A stretch of DNA of 64,000 bases, taken from Trypanosoma brucei. Lineage: Eukaryota. The DNA lies in contig AL929603.2 in assembly GCA_000002445.1 (NCBI GenBank), positions 544,001-608,000 of the forward strand. The letters run 5' to 3'. Positions 48,141 to 59,481 of the stretch are shown here, piece after piece. Position numbers and translations under genes: made by a program. Each line of letters opens with the position of its first letter. Position 1 is the first letter of the stretch. The notes below the pieces were generated by a model. That model was not told the origin of the DNA and made no database searches. It saw only the letters and a program-made list of their open reading frames with translations.

Positions 48141-48495
48141 CAAAGGGATCACATTTATGCTCGAAAAAGCATGCGAAATGATTATTCTCATCCCCTTTAT
48201 CCCTAGCCTCTTCCACTTTCCAACTTCCCTCCTCTGCCTCCTCTCACCCTTTTGTTTTTGTATTTCCCTTTTATTTTACATTTTCACCCCACCATCAGCG
48301 TCCTTTCACTGGCTTTGTGGCACCGCTTCCTTCTTAGTAGCGGTTCTTTTGCACAACCGCATGCACACATACATCCCTTTGAATGTCATACCTCCCTCCT
48401 CTCTCTTTCTCTTTTTTTTTTCTGTTACATCTCATACTAGAAAGCTAAAAAGCTACTTTACCACAACTCTCAAACCAAGCAACAAACTAAAAGAC

Positions 48496-48897
48496 ATGTC
48501 GAGGACCAAGGAAACCGCCAGGACGAAGAAGACCATCACCTCCAAGAAGAGCAAGAAGGCCTCAAAGGGTTCTGATGCCGCATCTGGCGTAAAGACCGCC
48601 CAACGCCGCTGGAGGCCCGGCACCGTGGCACTCCGTGAAATCCGCCAGTTCCAACGCTCCACCGACCTGCTGCTACAAAAGGCACCATTTCAACGCCTGG
48701 TCCGTGAGGTGTCTGGTGCCCAAAAGGAGGGTCTGCGCTTCCAGAGTAGCGCTATTCTCGCCGCACAGGAAGCGACTGAGTCGTACATTGTGTCGCTGCT
48801 TGCCGATACCAACCGCGCATGCATTCACAGTGGGCGTGTGACAATCCAACCAAAGGACATTCACCTTGCCCTCTGCCTACGCGGTGAACGTGCATAA
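48496..48897 (+). CDS. H3: Histone H3 (copy 1), 133 aa.
   Basis: [25 protein letters not shown]...[53 protein letters not shown] is a trypanosomatid-type divergent H3. It is preceded by a polypyrimidine tract and an AG. The six-frame ORF is a spurious N-terminal extension. Confidence 0.93.
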   Translation: MSRTKETARTKKTITSKKSKKASKGSDAASGVKTAQRRWRPGTVALREIRQFQRSTDLLLQKAPFQRLVREVSGAQKEGLRFQSSAILAAQEATESYIVSLLADTNRACIHSGRVTIQPKDIHLALCLRGERA

Positions 48898-49984
48898 GAA
48901 GGTACAGAAATGCGTAATTGAGTGAGTGAGTATGAATATGAGTAGGTGTGTGTGTATGTATGTATGTATGCGTGAGGGTCAGGGTTGAGACAAATATTCA
49001 GATTAGAGAAAGAAAGAAAGAGAGAGAGAGCACTGCAAAGCATGCATGCATGTATATGTATATATGTGTGTATGTTTATGTGCATGACCTTCTTTCTCTT
49101 TCCCCTTCTCCTCTCTGTTGCTCTCCTCTACGTTCCACTTGCATGCATAACACATACTTCCTTCTTGTAACTGCTCCCTTTCTCTCATTACACTGTGTAG
49201 CCTTTACTTTCTTTCCCCTCTTCCCCTCACTACAAAGACACTGTGTGTCCGACCCTCCTAACTTGCTCCTGCTCACAGCGGTTTCCAGTCGCATTAGCCA
49301 TCGTCACACGGTACCACACAATGATGCCTTGTGATTTGTTTTGCCTTTTGCTACTATTCATCGGAGGCCGTGCGTGGCGTGCGCGGATTGTTGTGCAGGT
49401 GTACCTGCCGGCGTGTCCCCGCTGCGCGGTTGGGGAAGAGACAAGTTTAGGGGGCTGTTGTGACACAGTTAGATTTTCCACGTCACCTCCAGCGGTGCGG
49501 ATGCCTCCACTTCAGGTGTGGTTCCCCATTCCCCCGTATATCTTTCTTTCTTTCTTTTCGTCTGCTCATTCCACTCTGGGTGCAATATCCGGGAGTGTGG
49601 AATAAGAGTTGAGATTGGGGTTAAGATGAGGGTAAAGGGGAGTGGAGGGGCGACGTGGGAGAGACGGATGGCCAGATGGAAAGGGAAAGAAAGGTGTGAA
49701 AGTGTGGAGGTAACGAGATATTGGGTGAGGGTGACTGATAGAGGACAGCATCTGTGAATGTGTGGTTACTCTTCTCCCCTTTATCCCTAGCCTCTTCCAC
49801 TTTCCAACTTCCCTCCTCTGCCTCCTCTCACCCTTTTGTTTTTGTATTTCCCTTTTATTTTACATTTTCACCCCACCATCAGCATCCTTTCACTGGCTTT
49901 GTACCACCGCTTCCTTCTTAGTAGCGGTTCTTTTGCACAACCGCATGCACACATACATCCCTTTGAATTTCATACCTCCCTCCT

Positions 49985-50036
49985 CTCTCTTTCTCTTTTT
50001 TTTTCTGTTACATCTCATACTAGAAAGCTAAAAAGC
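49985..50036 (+). promoter_or_regulatory. Polypyrimidine tract plus AG, a putative trans-splice acceptor region upstream of H3. The same element occurs in every H3 unit.
   Basis: 'cctccctcctctctctttctctttttttttctgttacatctcatactag' sits ~45 nt upstream of the H3 ATG. Trypanosomatid mRNAs are processed by SL trans-splicing at an AG downstream of a polypyrimidine tract. Confidence 0.5.
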
Positions 50037-50078
50037 TACTTTACCACAACTCTCAAACCAAGCAACAAACTAAAAGAC

Positions 50079-50480
50079 ATGTCGAGGACCAAGGAAACCG
50101 CCAGGACGAAGAAGACCATCACCTCCAAGAAGAGCAAGAAGGCCTCAAAGGGTTCTGATGCCGCATCTGGCGTAAAGACCGCCCAACGCCGCTGGAGGCC
50201 CGGCACCGTGGCACTCCGTGAAATCCGCCAGTTCCAACGCTCCACCGACCTGCTGCTACAAAAGGCACCATTTCAACGCCTGGTCCGTGAGGTGTCTGGT
50301 GCCCAAAAGGAGGGTCTGCGCTTCCAGAGTAGCGCTATTCTCGCCGCACAGGAAGCGACTGAGTCGTACATTGTGTCGCTGCTTGCCGATACCAACCGCG
50401 CATGCATTCACAGTGGGCGTGTGACAATCCAACCAAAGGACATTCACCTTGCCCTCTGCCTACGCGGTGAACGTGCATAA
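50079..50480 (+). CDS. H3: Histone H3 (copy 2).
   Basis: Identical protein. Confidence 0.93.
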   Translation: MSRTKETARTKKTITSKKSKKASKGSDAASGVKTAQRRWRPGTVALREIRQFQRSTDLLLQKAPFQRLVREVSGAQKEGLRFQSSAILAAQEATESYIVSLLADTNRACIHSGRVTIQPKDIHLALCLRGERA

Positions 50481-51662
50481 GAAGGTACAGAAATGCGTAA
50501 TTGAGTGAGTGAGTATGAATATGAGTAGGTGTGTGTGTATGTATGTATGTATGCGTGAGGGTCAGGGTTGAGACAAATATTCAGATTAGAGAAAGAAAGA
50601 AAGAGAGAGAGAGCACTGCAAAGCATGCATGCATGTATATGTATATATGTGTGTATGTTTATGTGCATGACCTTCTTTCTCTTTCCCCTTCTCCTCTCTG
50701 TTGCTCTCCTCTACGTTCCACTTGCATGCATAGCACATACTTCCTTCTTGTAACTGCTCCCTTTCTCTCATTACACTGTGTAGCCTTTACTTTCTTTCCC
50801 CTCTTCCCCTCACTACAAAGACACTGTGTGTCCGACCCTCCTAACTTGCTCCTACTCACAGCGGTTTCCAGTCGCATTAGCCATCGTCACACGGTACCAC
50901 ACAATGATGCCTTGTGATTTGTTTTGCCTTTTGCTACTATTCATCGGAGGCCGTGCGTGGCGTGCGCGGATTGTTGTGCAGGTGTACCTGCCGGCGTGTC
51001 CCCGCTGCGCGGTTGGGGAAGAGACAAGTTTAGGGGGCTGTTGTGACACAGTTAGATTTTCCACGTCACCTCCAGCGGTGCGGATGCCTCCACTTCAGGT
51101 GTGGTTCCCCATTCCCCCGTATATCTTTCTTTCTTTCTTTTCGTCTGCTCATTCCACTCTGGGTGCAATATCCGGGAGTGTGGAATAAGAGTTGAGATTG
51201 GGGTTAAGATGAGGGTAAAGGGGAGTGGAGGGGCGACGTGGGAGAGACGGATGGCCAGATGGAAAGGGAAAGAAAGGTGTGAAAGTGTGGAGGTAACGAG
51301 ATATTGGGTGAGGGTGACTGATAGAGGACAGCATCTGTGAATGTGTGGTTACTCTTCTCCCCTTTATCCCTAGCCTCTTCCACTTTCCAACTTCCCTCCT
51401 CTGCCTCCTCTCACCCTTTTGTTTTTGTATTTCCCTTTTATTTTACATTTTCACCCCACCATCAGCATCCTTTCACTGGCTTTGTACCACCGCTTCCTTC
51501 TTAGTAGCGGTTCTTTTGCACAACCGCATGCACACATACATCCCTTTGAATTTCATACCTCCCTCCTCTCTCTTTCTCTTTTTTTTTTCTGTTACATCTC
51601 ATACTAGAAAGCTAAAAAGCTACTTTACCACAACTCTCAAACCAAGCAACAAACTAAAAGAC

Positions 51663-52064
51663 ATGTCGAGGACCAAGGAAACCGCCAGGACGAAGAAGAC
51701 CATCACCTCCAAGAAGAGCAAGAAGGCCTCAAAGGGTTCTGATGCCGCATCTGGCGTAAAGACCGCCCAACGCCGCTGGAGGCCCGGCACCGTGGCACTC
51801 CGTGAAATCCGCCAGTTCCAACGCTCCACCGACCTGCTGCTACAAAAGGCACCATTTCAACGCCTGGTCCGTGAGGTGTCTGGTGCCCAAAAGGAGGGTC
51901 TGCGCTTCCAGAGTAGCGCTATTCTCGCCGCACAGGAAGCGACTGAGTCGTACATTGTGTCGCTGCTTGCCGATACCAACCGCGCATGCATTCACAGTGG
52001 GCGTGTGACAATCCAACCAAAGGACATTCACCTTGCCCTCTGCCTACGCGGTGAACGTGCATAA
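51663..52064 (+). CDS. H3: Histone H3 (copy 3).
   Basis: Identical protein. Confidence 0.93.
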   Translation: MSRTKETARTKKTITSKKSKKASKGSDAASGVKTAQRRWRPGTVALREIRQFQRSTDLLLQKAPFQRLVREVSGAQKEGLRFQSSAILAAQEATESYIVSLLADTNRACIHSGRVTIQPKDIHLALCLRGERA

Positions 52065-53254
52065 GAAGGTACAGAAATGCGTAATTGAGTGAGTGAGTAT
52101 GAATATGAGTAGGTGTGTGTGTATGTATGTATGTATGTATGTATGCGTGAGGGTCAGGGTTGAGACAAATATTCAGATTAGAGAAAGAAAGAAAGAGAGA
52201 GAGAGCACTGCAAAGCATGCATGCATGCATATATATATATGTGTGTATGTTTATGTGCATGACCTTCTTTCTCTTTCCCCTTCTCCTCTCTGTTGCTCTC
52301 CTCTACGTTCCACTTGCATGCATAACACATACTTCCTTCTTGTAACTGCTCCCTTTCTCTCATTACACTGTGTAGCCTTTACTTTCTTTCCCCTCTTCCC
52401 CTCACTACAAAGACACTGTGTGTCCGACCCTCCTAACTTGCTCCTACTCACAGCGGTTTCCAGTCGCATTAGCCATCGTCACACGGTACCACACAATGAT
52501 GCCTTGTGATTTGTTTTGCCTTTTGCTACTGTTCATCGGAGGCCGTGCGTGGCGTGCGCGGATTGTTGTGCAGGTGTACCTGCCGGCGTGTCCCCGCTGC
52601 GCGGTTGGGGAAGAGACAAGTTTAGGGGGCTGTTGTGACACAGTTAGATTTTCCACGTCACCTCCAGCGGTGCGGATGCCTCCACTTCAGGTGTGGTTCC
52701 CCATTCCCCCGTATATCTTTCTTTCTTTCTTTTCGTCTGCTCATTCCACTCTGGGTGCAATATCCGGGAGTGTGGAATAAGAGTTGAGATTGGGGTTAAG
52801 ATGAGGGTAAAGGGGAGTGGAGGGGCGACGTGGGAGAGACGGATGGCCAGATGGAAAGGGAAAGAAAGGTGTGAAAGTGTGGAGGTAACGAGATATTGGG
52901 TGAGGGTGACTGATAGAGGACAGCATCTGTGAATGTGTGGTTACTCTTCTCCCCTTTATCCCTAGCCTCTTCCACTTTCCAACTTCCCTCCTCTGCCTCC
53001 TCTCACCCTTTTGTTTTTGTATTTCCCTTTTATTTTACATTTTCACCCCACCATCAGCATCCTTTCACTGGCTTTGTACCACCGCTTCCTTCTTAGTAGC
53101 GGTTCTTTTGCACAACCGCATGCACACATACATCCCTTTGAATGTCATACCTCCCTCCTCTCTCTTTCTCTTTTTTTTTTCTGTTACATCTCATACTAGA
53201 AAGCTAAAAAGCTACTTTACCACAACTCTCAAACCAAGCAACAAACTAAAAGAC

Positions 53255-53656
53255 ATGTCGAGGACCAAGGAAACCGCCAGGACGAAGAAGACCATCACCT
53301 CCAAGAAAAGCAAGAAGGCCTCAAAGGGTTCTGATGCCGCATCTGGCGTAAAGACCGCCCAACGCCGCTGGAGGCCCGGCACCGTGGCACTCCGTGAAAT
53401 CCGCCAGTTCCAACGCTCCACCGACCTGCTGCTACAAAAGGCACCATTTCAACGCCTGGTCCGTGAGGTGTCTGGTGCCCAAAAGGAGGGTCTGCGCTTC
53501 CAGAGTAGCGCTATTCTCGCCGCACAGGAAGCGACTGAGTCGTACATTGTGTCGCTGCTTGCCGATACCAACCGCGCATGCATTCACAGTGGGCGTGTGA
53601 CAATCCAACCAAAGGACATTCACCTTGCCCTCTGCCTACGCGGTGAACGTGCATAA
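53255..53656 (+). CDS. H3: Histone H3 (copy 4).
   Basis: Identical protein, with one synonymous change (AAG>AAA, Lys). Confidence 0.93.
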   Translation: MSRTKETARTKKTITSKKSKKASKGSDAASGVKTAQRRWRPGTVALREIRQFQRSTDLLLQKAPFQRLVREVSGAQKEGLRFQSSAILAAQEATESYIVSLLADTNRACIHSGRVTIQPKDIHLALCLRGERA

Positions 53657-54840
53657 GAAGGTACAGAAATGCGTAATTGAGTGAGTGAGTATGAATATGA
53701 GTAGGTGTGTGTGTATGTATGTATGTATGTATGCGTGAGGGTCAGGGTTGAGACAAATATTCAGATTAGAGAAAGAAAGAAAGAAAGAGAGAGCACTGCA
53801 AAGCATGCATGCATGCATATATATATGTGTGTATGTTTATGTGCATGACCTTCTTTCTCTTTCCCCTTCTCCTCTCTGTTGCTCTCCTCTACGTTCCACT
53901 TGCATGCATAACACATACTTCCTTCTTGTAACTGCTCCCTTTCTCTCATTACACTGTGTAGCCTTTACTTTCTTTCCCCTCTTCCCCTCACTACAAAGAC
54001 ACTGTGTGTCCGACCCTCCTAACTTGCTCCTGCTCACAGCGGTTTCCAGTCGCATTAGCCATCGTCACACGGTACCACACAATGATGCCTTGTGATTTGT
54101 TTTGCCTTTTGCTACTATTCATCGGAGGCCGTGCGTGGCGTGCGCGGATTGTTGTGCAGGTGTACCTGCCGGCGTGTCCCCGCTGCGCGGTTGGGGAAGA
54201 GACAAGTTTAGGGGGCTGTTGTGACACAGTTAGATTTTCCACGTCACCTCCAGCGGTGCGGATGCCTCCACTTCAGGTGTGGTTCCCCATTCCCCCGTAT
54301 ATCTTTCTTTCTTTCTTTTCGTCTGCTCATTCCACTCTGGGTGCAATATCCGGGAGTGTGGAATAAGAGTTGAGATTGGGGTTAAGATGAGGGTAAAGGG
54401 GAGTGGAGGGGCGACGTGGGAGAGACGGATGGCCAGATGGAAAGGGAAAGAAAGGTGTGAAAGTGTGGAGGTAACGAGATATTGGGTGAGGGTGACTGAT
54501 AGAGGACAGCATCTGTGAATGTGTGGTTACTCTTCTCCCCTTTATCCCTAGCCTCTTCCACTTTCCAACTTCCCTCCTCTGCCTCCTCTCACCCTTTTGT
54601 TTTTGTATTTCCCTTTTATTTTACATTTTCACCCCACCATCAGCATCCTTTCGCTGGCTTTGTACCACCGCTTCCTTCTTAGTAGCGGTTCTTTTGCACA
54701 ACCGCATGCACACATACATCCCTTTGAATGTCATACCTCCCTCCTCTCTCTTTCTCTTTTTTTTTTCTGTTACATCTCATACTAGAAAGCTAAAAAGCTA
54801 CTTTACCACAACTCTCAAACCAAGCAACAAACTAAAAGAC

Positions 54841-55242
54841 ATGTCGAGGACCAAGGAAACCGCCAGGACGAAGAAGACCATCACCTCCAAGAAGAGCAAG
54901 AAGGCCTCAAAGGGTTCTGATGCCGCATCTGGCGTAAAGACCGCCCAACGCCGCTGGAGGCCCGGCACCGTGGCACTCCGTGAAATCCGCCAGTTCCAAC
55001 GCTCCACCGACCTGCTGCTACAAAAGGCACCATTTCAACGCCTGGTCCGTGAGGTGTCTGGTGCCCAAAAGGAGGGTCTGCGCTTCCAGAGTAGCGCTAT
55101 TCTCGCCGCACAGGAAGCGACTGAGTCGTACATTGTGTCGCTGCTTGCCGATACCAACCGCGCATGCATTCACAGTGGGCGTGTGACAATCCAACCAAAG
55201 GACATTCACCTTGCCCTCTGCCTACGCGGTGAACGTGCATAA
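54841..55242 (+). CDS. H3: Histone H3 (copy 5).
   Basis: Identical protein. Confidence 0.93.
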   Translation: MSRTKETARTKKTITSKKSKKASKGSDAASGVKTAQRRWRPGTVALREIRQFQRSTDLLLQKAPFQRLVREVSGAQKEGLRFQSSAILAAQEATESYIVSLLADTNRACIHSGRVTIQPKDIHLALCLRGERA

Positions 55243-56426
55243 GAAGGTACAGAAATGCGTAATTGAGTGAGTGAGTATGAATATGAGTAGGTGTGTGTGT
55301 ATGTATGTATGTATGCGTGAGGGTCAGGGTTGAGACAAATATTCAGATTAGAGAAAGAAAGAAAGAAAGAGAGAGCACTGCAAAGCATGCATGCATGTAT
55401 ATGTATATATATGTGTGTATGTTTATGTGCATGACCTTCTTTCTCTTTCCCCTTCTCCTCTCTGTTGCTCTCCTCTACGTTCCACTTGCATGCATAACAC
55501 ATACTTCCTTCTTGTAACTGCTCCCTTTCTCTCATTACACTGTGTAGCCTTTACTTTCTTTCCCCTCTTCCCCTCACTACAAAGACACTGTGTGTCCGAC
55601 CCTCCTAACTTGCTCCTACTCACAGCGGTTTCCAGTCGCATTAGCCATCGTCACACGGTACCACACAATGATGCCTTGTGATTTGTTTTGCCTTTTGCTA
55701 CTATTCATCGGAGGCCGTGCGTGGCGTGCGCGGATTGTTGTGCAGGTGTACCTGCCGGCGTGTCCCCGCTGCGCGGTTGGGGAAGAGACAAGTTTAGGGG
55801 GCTGTTGTGACACAGTTAGATTTTCCACGTCACCTCCAGCGGTGCGGATGCCTCCACTTCAGGTGTGGTTCCCCATTCCCCCGTATATCTTTCTTTCTTT
55901 CTTTTCGTCTGCTCATTCCACTCTGGGTGCAATATCCGGGAGTGTGGAATAAGAGTTGAGATTGGGGTTAAGATGAGGGTAAAGGGGAGTGGAGGGGCGA
56001 CGTGGGAGAGACGGATGGCCAGATGGAAAGGGAAAGAAAGGTGTGAAAGTGTGGAGGTAACGAGATATTGGGTGAGGGTGACTGATAGAGGACAGCATCT
56101 GTGAATGTGTGGTTACTCTTCTCCCCTTTATCCCTAGCCTCTTCCACTTTCCAACTTCCCTCCTCTGCCTCCTCTCACCCTTTTGTTTTTGTATTTCCCT
56201 TTTATTTTACATTTTCACCCCACCATCAGCATCCTTTCACTGGCTTTGTACCACCGCTTCCTTCTTAGTAGCGGTTCTTTTGCACAACCGCATGCACACA
56301 TACATCCCTTTGAATGTCATACCTCCCTCCTCTCTCTTTCTCTTTTTTTTTTCTGTTACATCTCATACTAGAAAGCTAAAAAGCTACTTTACCACAACTC
56401 TCAAACCAAGCAACAAACTAAAAGAC

Positions 56427-56828
56427 ATGTCGAGGACCAAGGAAACCGCCAGGACGAAGAAGACCATCACCTCCAAGAAGAGCAAGAAGGCCTCAAAGGG
56501 TTCTGATGCCGCATCTGGCGTAAAGACCGCCCAACGCCGCTGGAGGCCCGGCACCGTGGCACTCCGTGAAATCCGCCAGTTCCAACGCTCCACCGACCTG
56601 CTGCTACAAAAGGCACCATTTCAACGCCTGGTCCGTGAGGTGTCTGGTGCCCAAAAGGAGGGTCTGCGCTTCCAGAGTAGCGCTATTCTCGCCGCACAGG
56701 AAGCGACTGAGTCGTACATTGTGTCGCTGCTTGCCGATACCAACCGCGCATGCATTCACAGTGGGCGTGTGACAATCCAACCAAAGGACATTCACCTTGC
56801 CCTCTGCCTACGCGGTGAACGTGCATAA
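56427..56828 (+). CDS. H3: Histone H3 (copy 6).
   Basis: Identical protein. Confidence 0.93.
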   Translation: MSRTKETARTKKTITSKKSKKASKGSDAASGVKTAQRRWRPGTVALREIRQFQRSTDLLLQKAPFQRLVREVSGAQKEGLRFQSSAILAAQEATESYIVSLLADTNRACIHSGRVTIQPKDIHLALCLRGERA

Positions 56829-58010
56829 GAAGGTACAGAAATGCGTAATTGAGTGAGTGAGTATGAATATGAGTAGGTGTGTGTGTGTGTATGTATGTAT
56901 GCGTGAGGGTCAGGGTTGAGACAAATATTCAGATTAGAGAAAGAAAGAAAGAGAGAGAGAGCACTGCAAAGCATGCATGCATGTATATGTATATATGTGT
57001 GTATGTTTATGTGCATGACCTTCTTTCTCTTTCCCCTTCTCCTCTCTGTTGCTCTCCTCTACGTTCCACTTGCATGCATAGCACATACTTCCTTCTTGTA
57101 ACTGCTCCCTTTCTCTCATTACACTGTGTAGCCTTTACTTTCTTTCCCCTCTTCCCCTCACTACAAAGACACTGTGTGTCCGACCCTCCTAACTTGCTCC
57201 TGCTCACAGCGGTTTCCAGTCGCATTAGCCATCGTCACACGGTACCACACAATGATGCCTTGTGATTTGTTTTGCCTTTTGCTACTATTCATCGGAGGCC
57301 GTGCGTGGCGTGCGCGGATTGTTGTGCAGGTGTACCTGCCGGCGTGTCCCCGCTGCGCGGTTGGGGAAGAGACAAGTTTAGGGGGCTGTTGTGACACAGT
57401 TAGATTTTCCACGTCACCTCCAGCGGTGCGGATGCCTCCACTTCAGGTGTGGTTCCCCATTCCCCCGTATATCTTTCTTTCTTTCTTTTCGTCTGCTCAT
57501 TCCACTCTGGGTGCAATATCCGGGAGTGTGGAATAAGAGTTGAGATTGGGGTTAAGATGAGGGTAAAGGGGAGTGGAGGGGCGACGTGGGAGAGACGGAT
57601 GGCCAGATGGAAAGGGAAAGAAAGGTGTGAAAGTGTGGAGGTAACGAGATATTGGGTGAGGGTGACTGATAGAGGACAGCATCTGTGAATGTGTGGTTAC
57701 TCTTCTCCCCTTTATCCCTAGCCTCTTCCACTTTCCAACTTCCCTCCTCTGCCTCCTCTCACCCTTTTGTTTTTGTATTTCCCTTTTATTTTACATTTTC
57801 ACCCCACCATCAGCATCCTTTCACTGGCTTTGTACCACCGCTTCCTTCTTAGTAGCGGTTCTTTTGCACAACCGCATGCACACATACATCCCTTTGAATG
57901 TCATACCTCCCTCCTCTCTCTTTCTCTTTTTTTTTTCTGTTACATCTCATACTAGAAAGCTAAAAAGCTACTTTACCACAACTCTCAAACCAAGCAACAA
58001 ACTAAAAGAC

Positions 58011-58412
58011 ATGTCGAGGACCAAGGAAACCGCCAGGACGAAGAAGACCATCACCTCCAAGAAGAGCAAGAAGGCCTCAAAGGGTTCTGATGCCGCATCT
58101 GGCGTAAAGACCGCCCAACGCCGCTGGAGGCCCGGCACCGTGGCACTCCGTGAAATCCGCCAGTTCCAACGCTCCACCGACCTGCTGCTACAAAAGGCAC
58201 CATTTCAACGCCTGGTCCGTGAGGTGTCTGGTGCCCAAAAGGAGGGTCTGCGCTTCCAGAGTAGCGCTATTCTCGCCGCACAGGAAGCGACTGAGTCGTA
58301 CATTGTGTCGCTGCTTGCCGATACCAACCGCGCATGCATTCACAGTGGGCGTGTGACAATCCAACCAAAGGACATTCACCTTGCCCTCTGCCTACGCGGT
58401 GAACGTGCATAA
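58011..58412 (+). CDS. H3: Histone H3 (copy 7).
   Basis: Identical protein. Confidence 0.93.
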   Translation: MSRTKETARTKKTITSKKSKKASKGSDAASGVKTAQRRWRPGTVALREIRQFQRSTDLLLQKAPFQRLVREVSGAQKEGLRFQSSAILAAQEATESYIVSLLADTNRACIHSGRVTIQPKDIHLALCLRGERA

Positions 58413-59481
58413 GAAGGTACAGAAATGCGTAATTGAGTGAGTGAGTATGAATATGAGTAGGTGTGTGTGTATGTATGTATGTATGCGTGAGGGTCAGGGT
58501 TGAGACAAATATTCAGATTAGAGAAAGAAAGAAAGAAAGAGAGAGCACTGCAAAGCATGCATGCATGTATATGTATATATATGTGTATGTTTATGTGCAT
58601 GACCTTCTTTCTCTTTCCCCTTCTCCTCTCTGTTGCTCTCCTCTACGTTCCACTTGCATGCATAACACATACTTCCTTCTTGTAACTGCTCCCTTTCTCT
58701 CATTACACTGTGTAGCCTTTACTTTCTTTCCCCTCTTCCCCTCACTACAAAGACACTGTGTGTCCGACCCTCCTAACTTGCTCCTACTCACAGCGGTTTC
58801 CAGTCGCATTAGCCATCGTCACACGGTACCACACAATGATGCCTTGTGATTTGTTTTGCCTTTTGCTACTGTTCATCGGAGGCCGTGCGTGGCGTGCGCG
58901 GATTGTTGTGCAGGTGTACCTGCCGGCGTGTCCCCGCTGCGCGGTTGGGGAAGAGACAAGTTTAGGGGGCTGTTGTGACACAGTTAGATTTTCCACGTCA
59001 CCTCCAGCGGTGCGGATGCCTCCACTTCAGGTGTGGTTCCCCATTCCCCCGTATATCTTTCTTTCTTTCTTTTCGTCTGCTCATTCCACTCTGGGTGCAA
59101 TATCCGGGAGTGTGGAATAAGAGTTGAGATTGGGGTTAAGATGAGGGTAAAGGGGAGTGGAGGGGCGACGTGGGAGAGACGGATGGCCAGATGGAAAGGG
59201 AAAGAAAGGTGTGAAAGTGTGGAGGTAACGAGATATTGGGTGAGGGTGACTGATAGAGGACAGCATCTGTGAATGTGTGGTTACTCTTCTCCCCTTTATC
59301 CCTAGCCTCTTCCACTTTCCAACTTCCCTCCTCTGCCTCCTCTCACCCTTTTGTTTTTGTATTTCCCTTTTAATTTACACCTTTTTTTTATTTACACTTT
59401 TTGTATGATGTTTTTTTTTTTTTGCTGTTATCCCTTTTCTTTTTTTTTTGTATTGAAGTATTGATTTTTAGTGTCGTGAGT

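Larger units (their letters stand above)
48182..59370. repeat. Tandem histone H3 gene array: 7 units of 1583-1592 bp plus the start of an 8th.
   Basis: H3 CDS starts at 48496, 50079, 51663, 53255, 54841, 56427 and 58011. The spacers are near-identical and contain (GTAT)n, (AGAA)n and (TG)n microsatellites of variable length. Confidence 0.95.

Noticed and set aside
48140-48181. 'cgaaaaagcatgcgaaatgatt', a possible third degenerate copy of the AAAAACATGATG target-site sequence at the ingi-fragment/H3-array junction.
   Set aside because: Only a loose resemblance (insertion and mismatches). It cannot be distinguished from chance without alignment statistics.
48157-48897. Six-frame ORFs of 214-246 aa that extend histone H3 ~110 aa upstream.
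   Set aside because: The extension is translated from the pyrimidine-rich spacer. The conserved H3 begins at the internal Met (MSRTKE) right after a polypyrimidine tract and AG, giving the canonical 133-aa trypanosomatid H3.
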